The notes under the pieces were generated by a model. It made no database searches. It was not told where the DNA came from and worked only from the letters and a program-made list of their open reading frames with translations. A program made the translations under genes and the position numbers. A DNA stretch of 64,000 nucleotides from an uncultured Alphaproteobacteria bacterium (lineage in GTDB: Bacteria; Pseudomonadota; Alphaproteobacteria; MPNO01; DASWLB01): NCBI GenBank assembly GCA_963817535.1, contig CAWFOW010000008.1:94694-158693 (forward strand), given 5' to 3'. Shown one piece after another: positions 38,366 to 48,466 of the stretch. Position 1 is the first letter of the stretch; every line of letters starts with the position of its first letter.

Positions 38366-39346
38366 TCAACCGGGGGTGCGGGCGATGCGGCGTCGTACCG
38401 CGCCGATCCGGCGGGCGAGGTAGGGCGCGTCAAGCACGCCCACCAGCAGCAGCACGCCGCCGGTCAGCACGTCGCGCACCGGCGCCTCCATACTGAGCGC
38501 GTTGAGGCCCGACCACAGCATGCACAGCACCAGCACGCCGGCCAGCATGCCGACCGGGTTGCCGCGCCCGCCGGCGAGCGACACCCCGCCGATGATCGCC
38601 GCCGCGACCGCCGGGATCAGCGCGTCGGAAAGCGCCACGGGCGAGGCGGTGGCGAGCGAAAAGCTGAGCAGCGCCCCCGAAAGCGCCGCCAAGGCTCCCG
38701 ACAGCATGAAGGTCCCGATCAGCACCCCGTCGGTGTCGACGCCCGCGATGCGCGCCGCGCGCCGGTCGCTGCCGACAGCCACCATGTCGCGCCCGATGCG
38801 GGTGAACACGAAGACGACGGCGATCGCGAGGAAGATGCCGAGCGCAACGATGGAGCGGATCGACAGGATTTCGGAAATGGGCGCGTTGACCAGAGCGGCC
38901 ACGTCGCGTCGGGCATATACAATCGTCGAATTGTTCGTGATGACGTAGGCGAGTCCGGAGAAGGTAAGCAGCCCGCCGAGCGCCACCGGCACCGAGGAAA
39001 GCCGCAGCCGCACCATCACCCAACCCTGGAACAGCCCGCCGCCGAGCCCGGCGGCGATCGCGCAGGCGACGCCCACCCACGGGCTCGCGCCGCCGGTCAT
39101 GACTGCGATCACGCCGGCAAGGCTCATCATGCCGCCGACCGAGATATCGAACTCGCGGATCAGCATGGTAAGCCCCACGCCCAGCGCGATCAGCCCGTAA
39201 TTGGCGAACACCTGAAGCGCCGAGAACAGCGTGATGGTGTCGAGGACGGTCGCGCCTTCCTCCTCGGCGGCGAAGGCGAACACCGCGACCGTCACGGCGA
39301 GGATCGCGAGCGGGCGGGCGATGCTGGCGAGGAACGCGCGCATCAT
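38366..39346 (-). CDS. ABC transporter permease, CUT2 (ribose/xylose/nucleoside-type) family
   Basis: About 10 TM segments. Branched-sugar permease signature region ...RIGRDMVAVGSDRRAARIAGV... Start ATG overlaps the upstream permease stop. Confidence 0.75.
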   Translation of the reverse strand: MMRAFLASIARPLAILAVTVAVFAFAAEEEGATVLDTITLFSALQVFANYGLIALGVGLTMLIREFDISVGGMMSLAGVIAVMTGGASPWVGVACAIAAGLGGGLFQGWVMVRLRLSSVPVALGGLLTFSGLAYVITNNSTIVYARRDVAALVNAPISEILSIRSIVALGIFLAIAVVFVFTRIGRDMVAVGSDRRAARIAGVDTDGVLIGTFMLSGALAALSGALLSFSLATASPVALSDALIPAVAAAIIGGVSLAGGRGNPVGMLAGVLVLCMLWSGLNALSMEAPVRDVLTGGVLLLVGVLDAPYLARRIGAVRRRIARTPG

Positions 39347-40299
39347 CGCCCCCGCGCGAGGCCCTGGAGCATCACCACGCCGAGCACGGCGACGCCCACC
39401 ACCAGCGCCTGCAAGGCCGTCGAGAAGCCATGGAAGATCAGGAGCGACGAGATTAGCGCGATCACCACCACCCCGGCGCAGGCGCGCGCGACCGAGCCCG
39501 ATCCGCCCTCGATCGCAATGCCGCCGACCAGGATTCCCGCGATCGCCTGGTAGTCGTAGCCGATATCGAGGTCGAGATGGCTCTCGCCATAGCGCGCGGC
39601 GATCAGGATGCCGGCCGCGGCGGCCGCGACGCCTGCGAAGGCGTAGCACAGTGCCGTCACGCGCGCCGTGCGGATGCCGGCGGCCTCAGCCGCGCGCAGA
39701 TTGCTGCCGACCATGTAGACCTCGCGCCCGAAGCGGGTGAAGGCCAGAAGCGCCTGTCCGGCGAGGGCGAGGATCACGAAGAACACGAACTCGATGGGCA
39801 GCGGGCCGATCTTGCCCTTGAGGATGCGATAGGCCTCGCCCTCGGCGAACACGCCGGTGCCGCCGGTCGCGACGTTCGCGCCGCCGACCAGCAGCGCGAG
39901 CCCGGCCATCGAGACGATGATCGGGTTGGCGCGGAACCATCCGATGATCGCGCCCTGCACGCCCTGCACGACGATCCCGAACAGGATCGTCGCCGCGAAG
40001 GCCGGCCACACGCCCCAGCCGAGCGTCGCGATGAACACCACCGAGGAGGTGGCCATCGTCGCCGCCATGCAGAAGCTCATGATGTTGCCGCTGATCGTGA
40101 TGAAGCTCATCCCCACCGCGACCAGCCCCACCCAGGAGATCTCGCTGACCAGGCTCAGCAGGCTGACCATCGAGGTGAAGCCCGGCGAGGCGGCGGCGAT
40201 CGCGAGGATCGCGGCAAGCCCAACCCAGCGCGCGGCGGCCAGGGCGGTGGACAGGCGAATGCCGCCGTTGTTCGGCCTCGGACCGGTGAGCGACGTCAT
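39343..40299 (-). CDS. ABC transporter permease, CUT2 family
   Basis: Polytopic. ...FGREVYMVGSNLRAAEAAGIRTARV... conserved loop. Start set at MTSLTG, just outside the REP element. Confidence 0.75.
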   Translation of the reverse strand: MTSLTGPRPNNGGIRLSTALAAARWVGLAAILAIAAASPGFTSMVSLLSLVSEISWVGLVAVGMSFITISGNIMSFCMAATMATSSVVFIATLGWGVWPAFAATILFGIVVQGVQGAIIGWFRANPIIVSMAGLALLVGGANVATGGTGVFAEGEAYRILKGKIGPLPIEFVFFVILALAGQALLAFTRFGREVYMVGSNLRAAEAAGIRTARVTALCYAFAGVAAAAAGILIAARYGESHLDLDIGYDYQAIAGILVGGIAIEGGSGSVARACAGVVVIALISSLLIFHGFSTALQALVVGVAVLGVVMLQGLARGR

Positions 40300-40306
40300 C
40301 GGAAGG

Positions 40307-40459
40307 CCGACCCCCCACCCCAACCCTCCCCCTCAAGGGGGGAGGGGACGAACGCGCCGGCCCTTGCGGTGATGGCGGGCAGCACGCAAGTGGCAAAGGT
40401 GGACCGCCGACCCGACGTCCCCTCCCCCCTTGAGGGGGAGGGACAGGGCGGGGGGTCCG
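40307..40459. repeat. REP/RIME-like composite palindromic element inside the ABC operon (between the ATPase and permease genes)
   Basis: Terminal inverted repeat GACCCCCCACCC / GGGCGGGGGGTCC. Internal hairpins CCCTCCCCCTCAAGGGGGGAGGG and CCCCTCCCCCCTTGAGGGGGAGGG. Confidence 0.6.
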
Positions 40460-40483
40460 CGCGCCAGGGCTGACCGATCGCGC

Positions 40484-42019
40484 TCACGCCGCCTCCGGAT
40501 GGGTGATGTCGGCGAGGATGGCGTGCATGGTGGCGTCGGCGCGGGCGTAGCGGTTCACCACCCGGCCGCGATACATGGTGACGATCGTGTCGGCGATGCC
40601 CAGCGCCTCCTCGAGATCGGTGGTGGTCATCACCAGCGCGTAGCCGAGCCCGCAGAACCCGCGCATCATCTCGTAGATGTCCGCCCGCGCGCCGACATCG
40701 ACGCCGCGCGTCGGCTCGTTCATCAGCAGCACGCCGGGTTCGTCGTCGCGGATCGAGCGCCCGAACGCGACCTTCTGCTGGTTGCCGCCCGAAAGCTCCT
40801 CGGTGAGCGCCGCGAGCCGCGCGGTGTCGACGCCGACGCGTCGGGCGAGAGCCTCGGCGGTCGCGTGCAGCTTCGGCCAGGACAGGAGCCCGTGGCGGGC
40901 GTGCTCGGCGAGGCGGGTCGCGACCAGGTTGTCCCGGGTGCGCAGGCGCAGGAATACGCTCTCCTCGGCCCGGTCCTCGGAGATAAACCGGACGTTGGCG
41001 GCGACGGCGCGGGGAGCCGAGCCGAGGGCGAGTCGCCGTCCCGCGACCGTCACCTCGCCGGTCGCGTCGTGCGCGAGACCCGCGAGCGCGCGCACCACCT
41101 CGGCCGCGCCCGAGCCGATCTGGCCGGCGAGGCAGACGATGCGCCCCCGCGGCGCCTCGAGGTCGAAGCCGGCGACGATGCCCGGAATGGCGAGGCCGCG
41201 CACGCTCAGCATCGCTTCGCCCGCGCCCACCCCCGCCTCGGGATACATCTCGCCCAGCGCGCGGCCGAGCATGGCCTCGATCAGCCGGGCGCGGTCGATC
41301 TCCCGCGCGGGCCAGGTTCCGATCGGCGCACCATTGCGCAGCACGGTCACCGAATCGCAGATCTCGAATACCTCGCCCAGCCTGTGGGTGATGTAGATGA
41401 TCGAGCGGCCCTCTTCCTTGAGCGCGCGTAGCGCGGCGAAGATGCGGGCGATGTCGCGGTCGGTGAGCGTTGCCGTCGGCTCGTCCAGGATCAGCACGCG
41501 CGCGTCGCGCGCCAGCATGCGGGCGATCTCGACGAGCTGGCGCTCGCCGATGCCGAGCGCGCGCACCGGCGTGTCGAGCGCGACATGGCCGAGCCCGAGC
41601 ATCTCCAGCACCCGGCGCGATTCGTCGCGGAAGCGGCGGCGCTTGTGGAACAGCGGCACGCGGGCGTTGCCGAGCCATATATTGTCGTGCACGGAAAGTT
41701 CGGGGACGAGCGAGAGTTCCTGCGCCACCAGCGCGAGGCCGAGGGCCTGGGCCTGCGAGGGGTGTGCGATGGAGACGGGCGCGCCGTCGATCAGGACGTG
41801 CCCGGCGTCCGGCGTGTAGACGCCGGTCAGGATCTTCACCAGGGTCGATTTGCCGGCGCCGTTCTCGCCGCAGATGGCCCGGATCTCGCCCGCGCCGACG
41901 GCGAGCGATACATCGTCGAGCGCCTGGACCGCGCCGAACCGCTTGGAGAGGTTCTCGACCGCGAGAACGGGGGTGCGGCTCGCCCGATTTTCGACATCGT
42001 GCGCGATTCCTGGCGCCAT
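40484..42019 (-). CDS. sugar ABC transporter ATP-binding protein with duplicated ATPase domains
   Basis: Two Walker A sites (GENGAGKST; a second in the C-terminal half) and two signature/Walker B regions. About 510 aa as in RbsA/XylG/NupA-type proteins. Start MAPGIAHD lies immediately after the REP element. Confidence 0.8.
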   Translation of the reverse strand: MAPGIAHDVENRASRTPVLAVENLSKRFGAVQALDDVSLAVGAGEIRAICGENGAGKSTLVKILTGVYTPDAGHVLIDGAPVSIAHPSQAQALGLALVAQELSLVPELSVHDNIWLGNARVPLFHKRRRFRDESRRVLEMLGLGHVALDTPVRALGIGERQLVEIARMLARDARVLILDEPTATLTDRDIARIFAALRALKEEGRSIIYITHRLGEVFEICDSVTVLRNGAPIGTWPAREIDRARLIEAMLGRALGEMYPEAGVGAGEAMLSVRGLAIPGIVAGFDLEAPRGRIVCLAGQIGSGAAEVVRALAGLAHDATGEVTVAGRRLALGSAPRAVAANVRFISEDRAEESVFLRLRTRDNLVATRLAEHARHGLLSWPKLHATAEALARRVGVDTARLAALTEELSGGNQQKVAFGRSIRDDEPGVLLMNEPTRGVDVGARADIYEMMRGFCGLGYALVMTTTDLEEALGIADTIVTMYRGRVVNRYARADATMHAILADITHPEAA

Positions 42020-42163
42020 CCCCTCACCCCATCCCTCTCCCGCGGGGAGAGGGGCCCCTGCTGAAACGCCCGTTGTTCTCACCGCCGGCAGAGGCGCAGT
42101 CAGTTTTGCCGAGTGTCGACGCGCGTTCCCTCTCCCCGCGAGAGAGGGACAGGGTGAGGGGGC
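42020..42163. repeat. REP/RIME-like composite palindromic element (variant core CCCTCTCCC) between the binding-protein and ATPase genes
   Basis: Terminal inverted repeat CCCCTCACCC / GGGTGAGGGGG. Internal hairpins CCCTCTCCCGCGGGGAGAGGG and CCCTCTCCCCGCGAGAGAGGG. Abuts the ATPase start codon. Confidence 0.6.
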
Positions 42164-42184
42164 GGCCTCTCCGCGCTATGCGCG

Positions 42185-43168
42185 TCAGAAGTTGCAGGCC
42201 TTGGCGTACTTCTCGACGTTCGCCTTGGTGATGGCGAAGGTCTTGCGATAGACCTGCTTCCCGGGCGCCTTGCCGGTATCGAAATAGTCCGCCATCGCCT
42301 TCGCGAGTGCCGCCGCCTCGGGCGCCGGCGGGGCGTAGTTGGTGGTGTACATCTTGCCTTCCCGGATATAGCGGATGCCCTCGCCCGAGCAGTTGCCGCC
42401 GGCGATCACCAGCTCGCCCGGCGCGGTGCCCAGCTTGACGTTCGCGGACTGGGCGGCCTGGACGATGGCTGCGGCCTGCGGGTCGTTCATGCCGTAGAGC
42501 GCGTCGAGCCCGCCCTGCGAGGCGAAGCGTGCGAAGAGCTGGCCGGCGATCTTCTCGGTCAGCGGTGGGCTCCACTTGCCGTCTTCCTGGGCGACGATCT
42601 TGATCGTCGGGAACTTCTCCTTGATCTCCTTGTCGATGGCGGCGGCGCGGATGGGCGCGACCCCTTCCGCCATGACCCCGGTGATCAGCGCCAGCTTGCC
42701 GCCCTTGCGGCCCTGCGAGGTCAGCGCCATGCCGATGGCGTCGGCCGAGCTGCGGGCGATCGCGCGCTGGTCCTGGCCGATATAGGAGACATAGAGGTCG
42801 TAATCGTGCTCGATCGGCACGATGGCGAGGAAGACCGGGATCTTCGCCTGCTTGGCGCGCTGCAGCGCCGGGATAATCGCGTGGTCCGAGATCGGCTGCA
42901 GCGCGATGGCATCGAACTTGCGGGCGATCGCGTCGTCCATCTGCTGGGCCTGCAAGGCGGCATCGAACGGCGTTGTGAACGAGGTGACCTTGAAGCCCTG
43001 ACGTTTCGCCGCGGCGACGAAGCCCTTGTGGTAGGTGCCCAGATACCGGTCCTGCAGCGGACCCATCAGGAGTGCGATCTTCTTGCCCTTGGCGGCGGCG
43101 TGCGCGTTCGGCGCGACGCTCGACAGCATGGCAAGCGCTGCGATCACGACAATCAGAAGTCGCGGCAT
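42185..43168 (-). CDS. periplasmic sugar-binding protein (periplasmic binding protein type-I / LacI-like fold) of the ABC importer
   Basis: Signal peptide MPRLLIVVIAALAMLSSVAPNAHAA, then an RbsB-like fold. Start at 43168 with GGAGG RBS. Confidence 0.75.
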   Translation of the reverse strand: MPRLLIVVIAALAMLSSVAPNAHAAAKGKKIALLMGPLQDRYLGTYHKGFVAAAKRQGFKVTSFTTPFDAALQAQQMDDAIARKFDAIALQPISDHAIIPALQRAKQAKIPVFLAIVPIEHDYDLYVSYIGQDQRAIARSSADAIGMALTSQGRKGGKLALITGVMAEGVAPIRAAAIDKEIKEKFPTIKIVAQEDGKWSPPLTEKIAGQLFARFASQGGLDALYGMNDPQAAAIVQAAQSANVKLGTAPGELVIAGGNCSGEGIRYIREGKMYTTNYAPPAPEAAALAKAMADYFDTGKAPGKQVYRKTFAITKANVEKYAKACNF

Positions 43169-43271
43169 GGCTATCCTCCCCGGTTGGCCGGACGGTCGAG
43201 CCGTCCGGCGCAATGATGATAGCGCCGGCGTCGGCAAGGGTAAACGCGGGAGTCGGACGGGCGCGCGCCGT

Positions 43272-44207
43272 CTACCGGAGCTGCGCCTCGGGCCGTGGCG
43301 GGAGGTGCGCGGTCGACGGCGCGCCGGAGCCGCGGAGGAGGTCCTTGAGCCGCGGCGGGATCAGGCGGGAGAGGGTGTGGCGAACGATGTTCGGGAGGGT
43401 GCGATCCGGCTCGACATAGTCGCGGAACGGCGTTTCCTTCAGATAGTGCCAGTAGAGCGCCTTCGCCGGGGTATTGCTGCCGTATTTCCATGGCTTGTTG
43501 CCGCCCGAGAAGTGGATGACGGCCGGCGAGCTTACGAATTCGGGCGGGGTCTTGGGATCGCGGAACCGGAACGGCATCATGTTGTAGCGGCCCTCGAGCG
43601 GCTTCCAGCGTCCCGCGAGCAGGAGGTTGAACGAGTCCTGGTCGGCATCGCGCAGGAAGTGGCCGTGGCGCGCGGTAAATTCGATCAGGGCCTGCGGGCA
43701 GCCCGACTTGTCCCATTCCGGCAGGTTGAACAGGATGGTGCCGGTGTTGCAGTAGAGCGTGCCTTCCGGCATGCGGAACCAGCCGGGCCGGTCGGATCCC
43801 GGAATGGGAACGGCGGCAAAGACGGACCCGGTCAGGTCCGTGTCCCACAGCGCCCGAAGGTCGTCGTGCACGACCATGTCGGGGTCAAGGTACAGCGCCT
43901 TCTCCTCGTTCGGGAAGTAGTCGCGGATCCAGAAGCGCCGATAGGTATCGACCGTGTAGTGCACGCGAACGGGAAACGCGGATTCGTCGATCGGTTTCGG
44001 CTCCTCGAGGCGCAGCGTGACGTTGGGGAAGCGCGCCAGGCTTTCCTCGATCTTCCTGCGGCTCGCGGGCGTGAGTTCGCGGACCACGCAGGCGATGTTC
44101 AGGTCCGAGGCCGAATTGTTGATGGCAAGCGACGTCATGCAGACGGTCACGTGCTGGACGTAGTTCTCGTCGCAGCAAAACAGGATATTCATGCGCGTCC
44201 GTGCCAT
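43272..44207 (-). CDS. family 8 glycosyltransferase (LPS 1,2/1,3-glycosyltransferase-like)
   Basis: MNILFCCDENYVQHVTVCMTSL...YLDPDMVV (DxD)...HFSGGNKPW are GT8 hallmarks. Start is either 44207 or 44192. Confidence 0.7.
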   Translation of the reverse strand: MARTRMNILFCCDENYVQHVTVCMTSLAINNSASDLNIACVVRELTPASRRKIEESLARFPNVTLRLEEPKPIDESAFPVRVHYTVDTYRRFWIRDYFPNEEKALYLDPDMVVHDDLRALWDTDLTGSVFAAVPIPGSDRPGWFRMPEGTLYCNTGTILFNLPEWDKSGCPQALIEFTARHGHFLRDADQDSFNLLLAGRWKPLEGRYNMMPFRFRDPKTPPEFVSSPAVIHFSGGNKPWKYGSNTPAKALYWHYLKETPFRDYVEPDRTLPNIVRHTLSRLIPPRLKDLLRGSGAPSTAHLPPRPEAQLR

Positions 44208-44369
44208 TCGACCTTCGCTCCTCGGTGCGCGGCCAAGTGTGATCTGCGACCGCCGCACGGCAAGCCTTGCCGCCAAGCGCTTTCAATTGCGTAAACGCCC
44301 GCTTTCGCCCGCGCGCCGTCTATAACGCCACGGTACGACCGAGGGCAAGGCGGCGCCGTTCCGGCGAAC

Positions 44370-45815
44370 CTATGCCCCCTGATGGCCCGAAACCGCGGCG
44401 CCGGCGCTGCGTGCCAGCGGACGGTAGGCCAGGGTCGAAAGCAGCGAAACCGCACCGAGGATCAGGAACGCGGGCAGGAAATCCTGGGTCGCGAGCTGTG
44501 CCCCGCCGCGCAGCCCGAGGGCCAGGTGCAGCACGAGCGCGCCGAACCCGACGCCGACGGTCATCGAAAGCTGTTGCGACATGCTGGCGAAGGATGAGGA
44601 TCGGCTGAGCTTGGGCTGCGGGATGTCGGAATAGCCGAGCGTGTTCGTGGAGGTGAGCTGGAGCGAACGGAAGAACCCGCTGGCCAGCAGGACGATGAAG
44701 ATCACGGCGTGAGGGGTGTCGGCATCGAAGGCGGCGAAGCCGATATAGAACAGGGCGCAGATCACGCCGTTGATGAGCAGGATATTGCGGAAGCCCTTCC
44801 AGCGCAGGATCGGTACGGCGATCACTCGCATCGAGAGCGCACCCACCGCGGTCGCCAGCGTGATCAGCCCCGATCCCAGGGCCGACATACCGAAGGCGAG
44901 CTGCAGCATCAGCGGCAGCAGGAACGGCAGCGCCCCCGCCGCAATGCGGAACGCGAACCCGCCGGCGATGGCTGCCCGGAAGGTCGGGATCTGCAGCAGG
45001 CGGAGGTCGATGATGGGAGCGGTCGCGCGCCGGGCATGGATTACATAGAACGCGGTCAGCGCTCCGCCACCCGCCAGCAGAGCCGCTGTCACCCATTGAG
45101 GCACCATGCCGCGGCCCAGCGTCTCGAAGCCGAACATCACCCCCGCAAGCCCGAGCCCGACCACCACGAATCCCAGCACGTCGAGCCGTTCGACCTCCTT
45201 CACCCGCGTGTTCGGAATCAGTAGCAACACCAGCACCGCGCCGATCACGCCCATCGGCACGTTGATGAAAAAGATCCAGCGCCAGGACATGTAGGTGGCG
45301 AAGAACCCGCCGAGCGGGGGCCCGACCACCGGACCCAGCAGGCCCGGCATGGTCAGGAACGCCATCACCTTGACCATCTCCGCCTTTGGCACGACGCCCA
45401 GCATGACGCCGCGCCCGACCGGCACCATCATGGCGCCGCCCACTCCTTGCACGATCCGGGCCGCGACGAGCTGGCCCAGCGAGCCCGACAGGCCGCAGGC
45501 GATCGAGCCGATGGTGAATACCGCGATCGCCGCCCCGAACACGTTGCGCGCCCCGAACCGGTCGGCCAGCCAGGCGCTGATCGGGATGAAGATGGCGAGC
45601 GACAGAAGGTAGGAGGTGATCGCCAGGTTGAGCCGCAGCGGCGCCTCGCCCATCGATCGCGCGATGTCGGGCAGGGCGGTGGTGATCACCGTCGAATCGA
45701 GGTTCTGCATGAACAGCGCGCATGCCACCAGAAGCGGGATGGCCAGCGAGTAGCCGCGCCCCGCCGGGGGCGGGCGCGTCGCGGTCTCGGCCTTGTCGGG
45801 GGATGCGGCGTCCAT
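44370..45815 (-). CDS. MFS transporter, DHA2 (14-TMS drug:H+ antiporter, EmrB/QacA) family
   Basis: 481 aa. MQNLDSTVITTALPDIARS...GRxxxG motif regions and 14 predicted TM segments. Confidence 0.8.
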   Translation of the reverse strand: MDAASPDKAETATRPPPAGRGYSLAIPLLVACALFMQNLDSTVITTALPDIARSMGEAPLRLNLAITSYLLSLAIFIPISAWLADRFGARNVFGAAIAVFTIGSIACGLSGSLGQLVAARIVQGVGGAMMVPVGRGVMLGVVPKAEMVKVMAFLTMPGLLGPVVGPPLGGFFATYMSWRWIFFINVPMGVIGAVLVLLLIPNTRVKEVERLDVLGFVVVGLGLAGVMFGFETLGRGMVPQWVTAALLAGGGALTAFYVIHARRATAPIIDLRLLQIPTFRAAIAGGFAFRIAAGALPFLLPLMLQLAFGMSALGSGLITLATAVGALSMRVIAVPILRWKGFRNILLINGVICALFYIGFAAFDADTPHAVIFIVLLASGFFRSLQLTSTNTLGYSDIPQPKLSRSSSFASMSQQLSMTVGVGFGALVLHLALGLRGGAQLATQDFLPAFLILGAVSLLSTLAYRPLARSAGAAVSGHQGA

Positions 45816-45983
45816 GGCGTAAGAAGTGGTATTTTAGGGGTTTAGCGCCAAGTTGAAACGCCCCCAATCGCGCAAGGGTGGGGTGCGGCGGACCGCACCG
45901 TTCGCCGCCCTGCCTTGCCGGGGCGGGGCCGGATCATTAGGTTACCAGCGGGCCGGGGCGGCCCTGCGGCCGAAGGGCATTCC

Positions 45984-47210
45984 ATGGCACCCGTTTCGGG
46001 GACGACGCTGGCGGGCAAGCGAATCCTTCTGGTCATCGCCGGGGGGATCGCGGCCTACAAATCGCTGGAACTGATTCGCCGTCTGCGCGAGCGCGGCGCC
46101 GCGGTGCGCTGCATCCTGACCCGCGCCGGGGCGGAGTTCGTGACGCCGCTCTCGGTCGCCTCGCTGTCGGGCGACAAGGTCTATACCGACCTGTTCTCGC
46201 TGACCGACGAATCCGAGATGGGCCATATCGAGCTGTCGCGCTCGGCCGACCTCATGGTCGTCGCGCCGGCGACGGCCGATCTGATGGCACGCATGGCGGG
46301 CGGCATCGCCGACGACCTGGCGGCGACCGCGCTGCTCGCCACGGACAAGAAGGTGATGGTCGCCCCGGCGATGAACGTTCGGATGTGGGAGCACGCGGCG
46401 ACCCAGGCCAACATGGTGACGCTCGCGGCGCGCGGCGTCGCCGTGATCGGGCCCGTCGATGGGGCGATGGCCTGCGGCGAGTTCGGGCCCGGCCGCATGG
46501 TCGAGCCGGACGAGATCGTCGCCGCGATCGAGGATCATTTCCGCGGTGGCGCGCGCCTCGCCGGACGCAAGGCGCTGGTCACCAGCGGCCCGACGCACGA
46601 GCCGGTCGACCCGGTGCGCTATCTCGCCAATCGCTCGTCCGGCAAGCAGGGCCACGCCGTCGCGGCCGCGCTGGCCGCGATGGGGGCGGACACGACCCTC
46701 GTCACCGGCCCGACCGCCGAGCGCGATCCGGCGGGCGTCGCCGTCGTGCGCGTCGTGACAGCGGCGGAAATGCTCGCGGCCTGCCAAGCCGCGCTGCCGG
46801 TCGACGTGGCAGTCTGTGCCGCCGCCGTCGCCGACTGGCGCCCGGCCAAGGCCGCATCGCGCAAGGTGAAGAAGAACGGCAAGGCGCCGGCCGCGATCGA
46901 GCTGACGGAAAACCCGGACATCCTGGCGACGCTGTCCGCCGCCGGGAATGCGCGCCCGCGCCTGGTCGTGGGGTTCGCCGCCGAGACCGACGATCTGGAC
47001 CGCAATGCCCGCGCCAAGCTGGCGAAAAAGGGCTGCGACTGGATCGTCGCCAACGACGTCTCGGAGGCGGGTGGGGCGATGGGCGGCGACGACAACGCCG
47101 TCCGCATCGTCACCGAGGCGGGAATCGAGCCCTGGCCGCGCCTGCCGAAGACCGAGGTCGCGCGCCGCCTCGCACTCCGCATCGCCGACCAGCTCGGGCC
47201 GGCGCGGTGA
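45984..47210 (+). CDS. coaBC: bifunctional phosphopantothenoylcysteine decarboxylase / phosphopantothenate-cysteine ligase
   Basis: N-terminal flavoprotein domain [24 protein letters not shown]-terminal DFP/CoaB ligase domain. ATG at 45984. Confidence 0.85.
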   Translation: MAPVSGTTLAGKRILLVIAGGIAAYKSLELIRRLRERGAAVRCILTRAGAEFVTPLSVASLSGDKVYTDLFSLTDESEMGHIELSRSADLMVVAPATADLMARMAGGIADDLAATALLATDKKVMVAPAMNVRMWEHAATQANMVTLAARGVAVIGPVDGAMACGEFGPGRMVEPDEIVAAIEDHFRGGARLAGRKALVTSGPTHEPVDPVRYLANRSSGKQGHAVAAALAAMGADTTLVTGPTAERDPAGVAVVRVVTAAEMLAACQAALPVDVAVCAAAVADWRPAKAASRKVKKNGKAPAAIELTENPDILATLSAAGNARPRLVVGFAAETDDLDRNARAKLAKKGCDWIVANDVSEAGGAMGGDDNAVRIVTEAGIEPWPRLPKTEVARRLALRIADQLGPAR

Positions 47211-47662
47211 ACGCGGTTCCCGTCGCTGTCCGCCGCCTGCCCCACGGGAACGGGCTGAAGCTGCCGGAATACGAGACCGCGCACGCGGCCGGGCTCGACC
47301 TGATGGCGGCGGTCGAGGCGGACGTCCTGCTCGCGCCCGGCGCGCGCGCGCTGATCCCCACCGGGCTCGCCATCGCGCTGCCCGAAGGGTACGAGGCGCA
47401 GGTCCGGCCGCGTTCGGGCCTTGCCGCGCGCGACGGCGTGACGGTGCTGAACGCGCCCGGCACGATCGATGCCGATTATCGCGGCGAGGTGAAGGTGATC
47501 CTGGTCAATCTCGGCGACGCGCCGTTCACCGTCGCGCGCGGCATGCGCATCGCCCAGATGATCGTGGCGCCCGTCGCGCGGCTCGCCTGGCGCGAGACCG
47601 AGACGCTGCCCGAGACGGCGCGCGGCGAGGGCGGGTTCGGCTCCACGGGGCGCACGACATGA
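47207..47662 (+). CDS. dut: dUTP diphosphatase
   Basis: GTG start overlapping the coaBC stop. Motifs [25 protein letters not shown]. About 151 aa. Confidence 0.8.
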   Translation: MNAVPVAVRRLPHGNGLKLPEYETAHAAGLDLMAAVEADVLLAPGARALIPTGLAIALPEGYEAQVRPRSGLAARDGVTVLNAPGTIDADYRGEVKVILVNLGDAPFTVARGMRIAQMIVAPVARLAWRETETLPETARGEGGFGSTGRTT

Positions 47663-48465
47663 CCGATTTCACCGACGCCCAGCTCGAGCGCTATGCGCGC
47701 CACATCGTCCTGCCCGAGGTCGGCGGGATCGGCCAGGCCAAGCTGATGCAGGCGAGCGTGCTTGTCCTGGGCGCGGGCGGGCTCGGCGCGCCGCTGATCC
47801 TCTATCTCGCGGCGGCCGGCGTCGGGCGCATCGGGGTCGTCGACGACGACACGGTCGCGCTGTCGAACCTGCAGCGCCAGGTGATCCACGCGACGAAGGA
47901 CATCGGCCGGCCGAAGGTCGAGAGCGCGCGCGAGGCCGTGGCCGCGATCAATCCCGAGGTCACGCTGGTGCCACATCGCGAGCGGCTGAACGCGGGCAAC
48001 GTGGCGCGGCTGATCGAGGGCTACGACATCGTCGCCGACGGATCGGACAATTTCGAGACGCGGTTCCTGCTGAACGACGCGTGCCATTTCGGCAAGCGCA
48101 CGTTGGTCTCCGCCGCAATCCTGCGCTTCGAGGGCCAGGTGGCCACGTTCAAGTCGCATCTCGGGCGCGACTACCCCTGCTATCGCTGCCTGTACCGCGA
48201 GCCGCCGCCGCCCGGCCTGGTGCCGTCCTGTTCCGAGGGCGGGGTGTTCGGCGCGCTGGCCGGGGCCGTCGGCTCGATCCAGGCGGTCGAGGTGCTGAAG
48301 GAGATCATGGGCATCGGCGAGTCGATGGCCGGTTCGCTGCTGATCTACGACGCGCTGTCGGTCACGTTCCGCAAGATGCGCCTGCCGCGCGATTCCGCCT
48401 GCCCGCTCTGCGGCGACGCGCCCACCATCCGCGACCTCGCCGGCCACATGGCCGCGGCGGGGTAA
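47659..48465 (+). CDS. ThiF/MoeB/HesA-family E1-like adenylyltransferase (molybdopterin-synthase adenylyltransferase-like)
   Basis: [20 protein letters not shown]...[10 protein letters not shown] nucleotide-binding fold; CxxC...CxxC zinc motif (CYRCLY...CPLCG). ATGA overlap with dut. Confidence 0.75.
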   Translation: MTDFTDAQLERYARHIVLPEVGGIGQAKLMQASVLVLGAGGLGAPLILYLAAAGVGRIGVVDDDTVALSNLQRQVIHATKDIGRPKVESAREAVAAINPEVTLVPHRERLNAGNVARLIEGYDIVADGSDNFETRFLLNDACHFGKRTLVSAAILRFEGQVATFKSHLGRDYPCYRCLYREPPPPGLVPSCSEGGVFGALAGAVGSIQAVEVLKEIMGIGESMAGSLLIYDALSVTFRKMRLPRDSACPLCGDAPTIRDLAGHMAAAG

Positions 48466-48466
48466 C

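Noticed and set aside
37223-39553. 776-aa plus-strand ORF
   Set aside because: Antisense to the LLM monooxygenase and the ABC permease genes. Composition dominated by R, G, D, H, A. No start signals.
44320-45867. 515-aa ORF overlapping the MFS transporter gene in another frame
   Set aside because: The MFS frame (44370-45815) gives 14 clear TM segments and MFS motifs. The alternate frame is R/G/P-rich.
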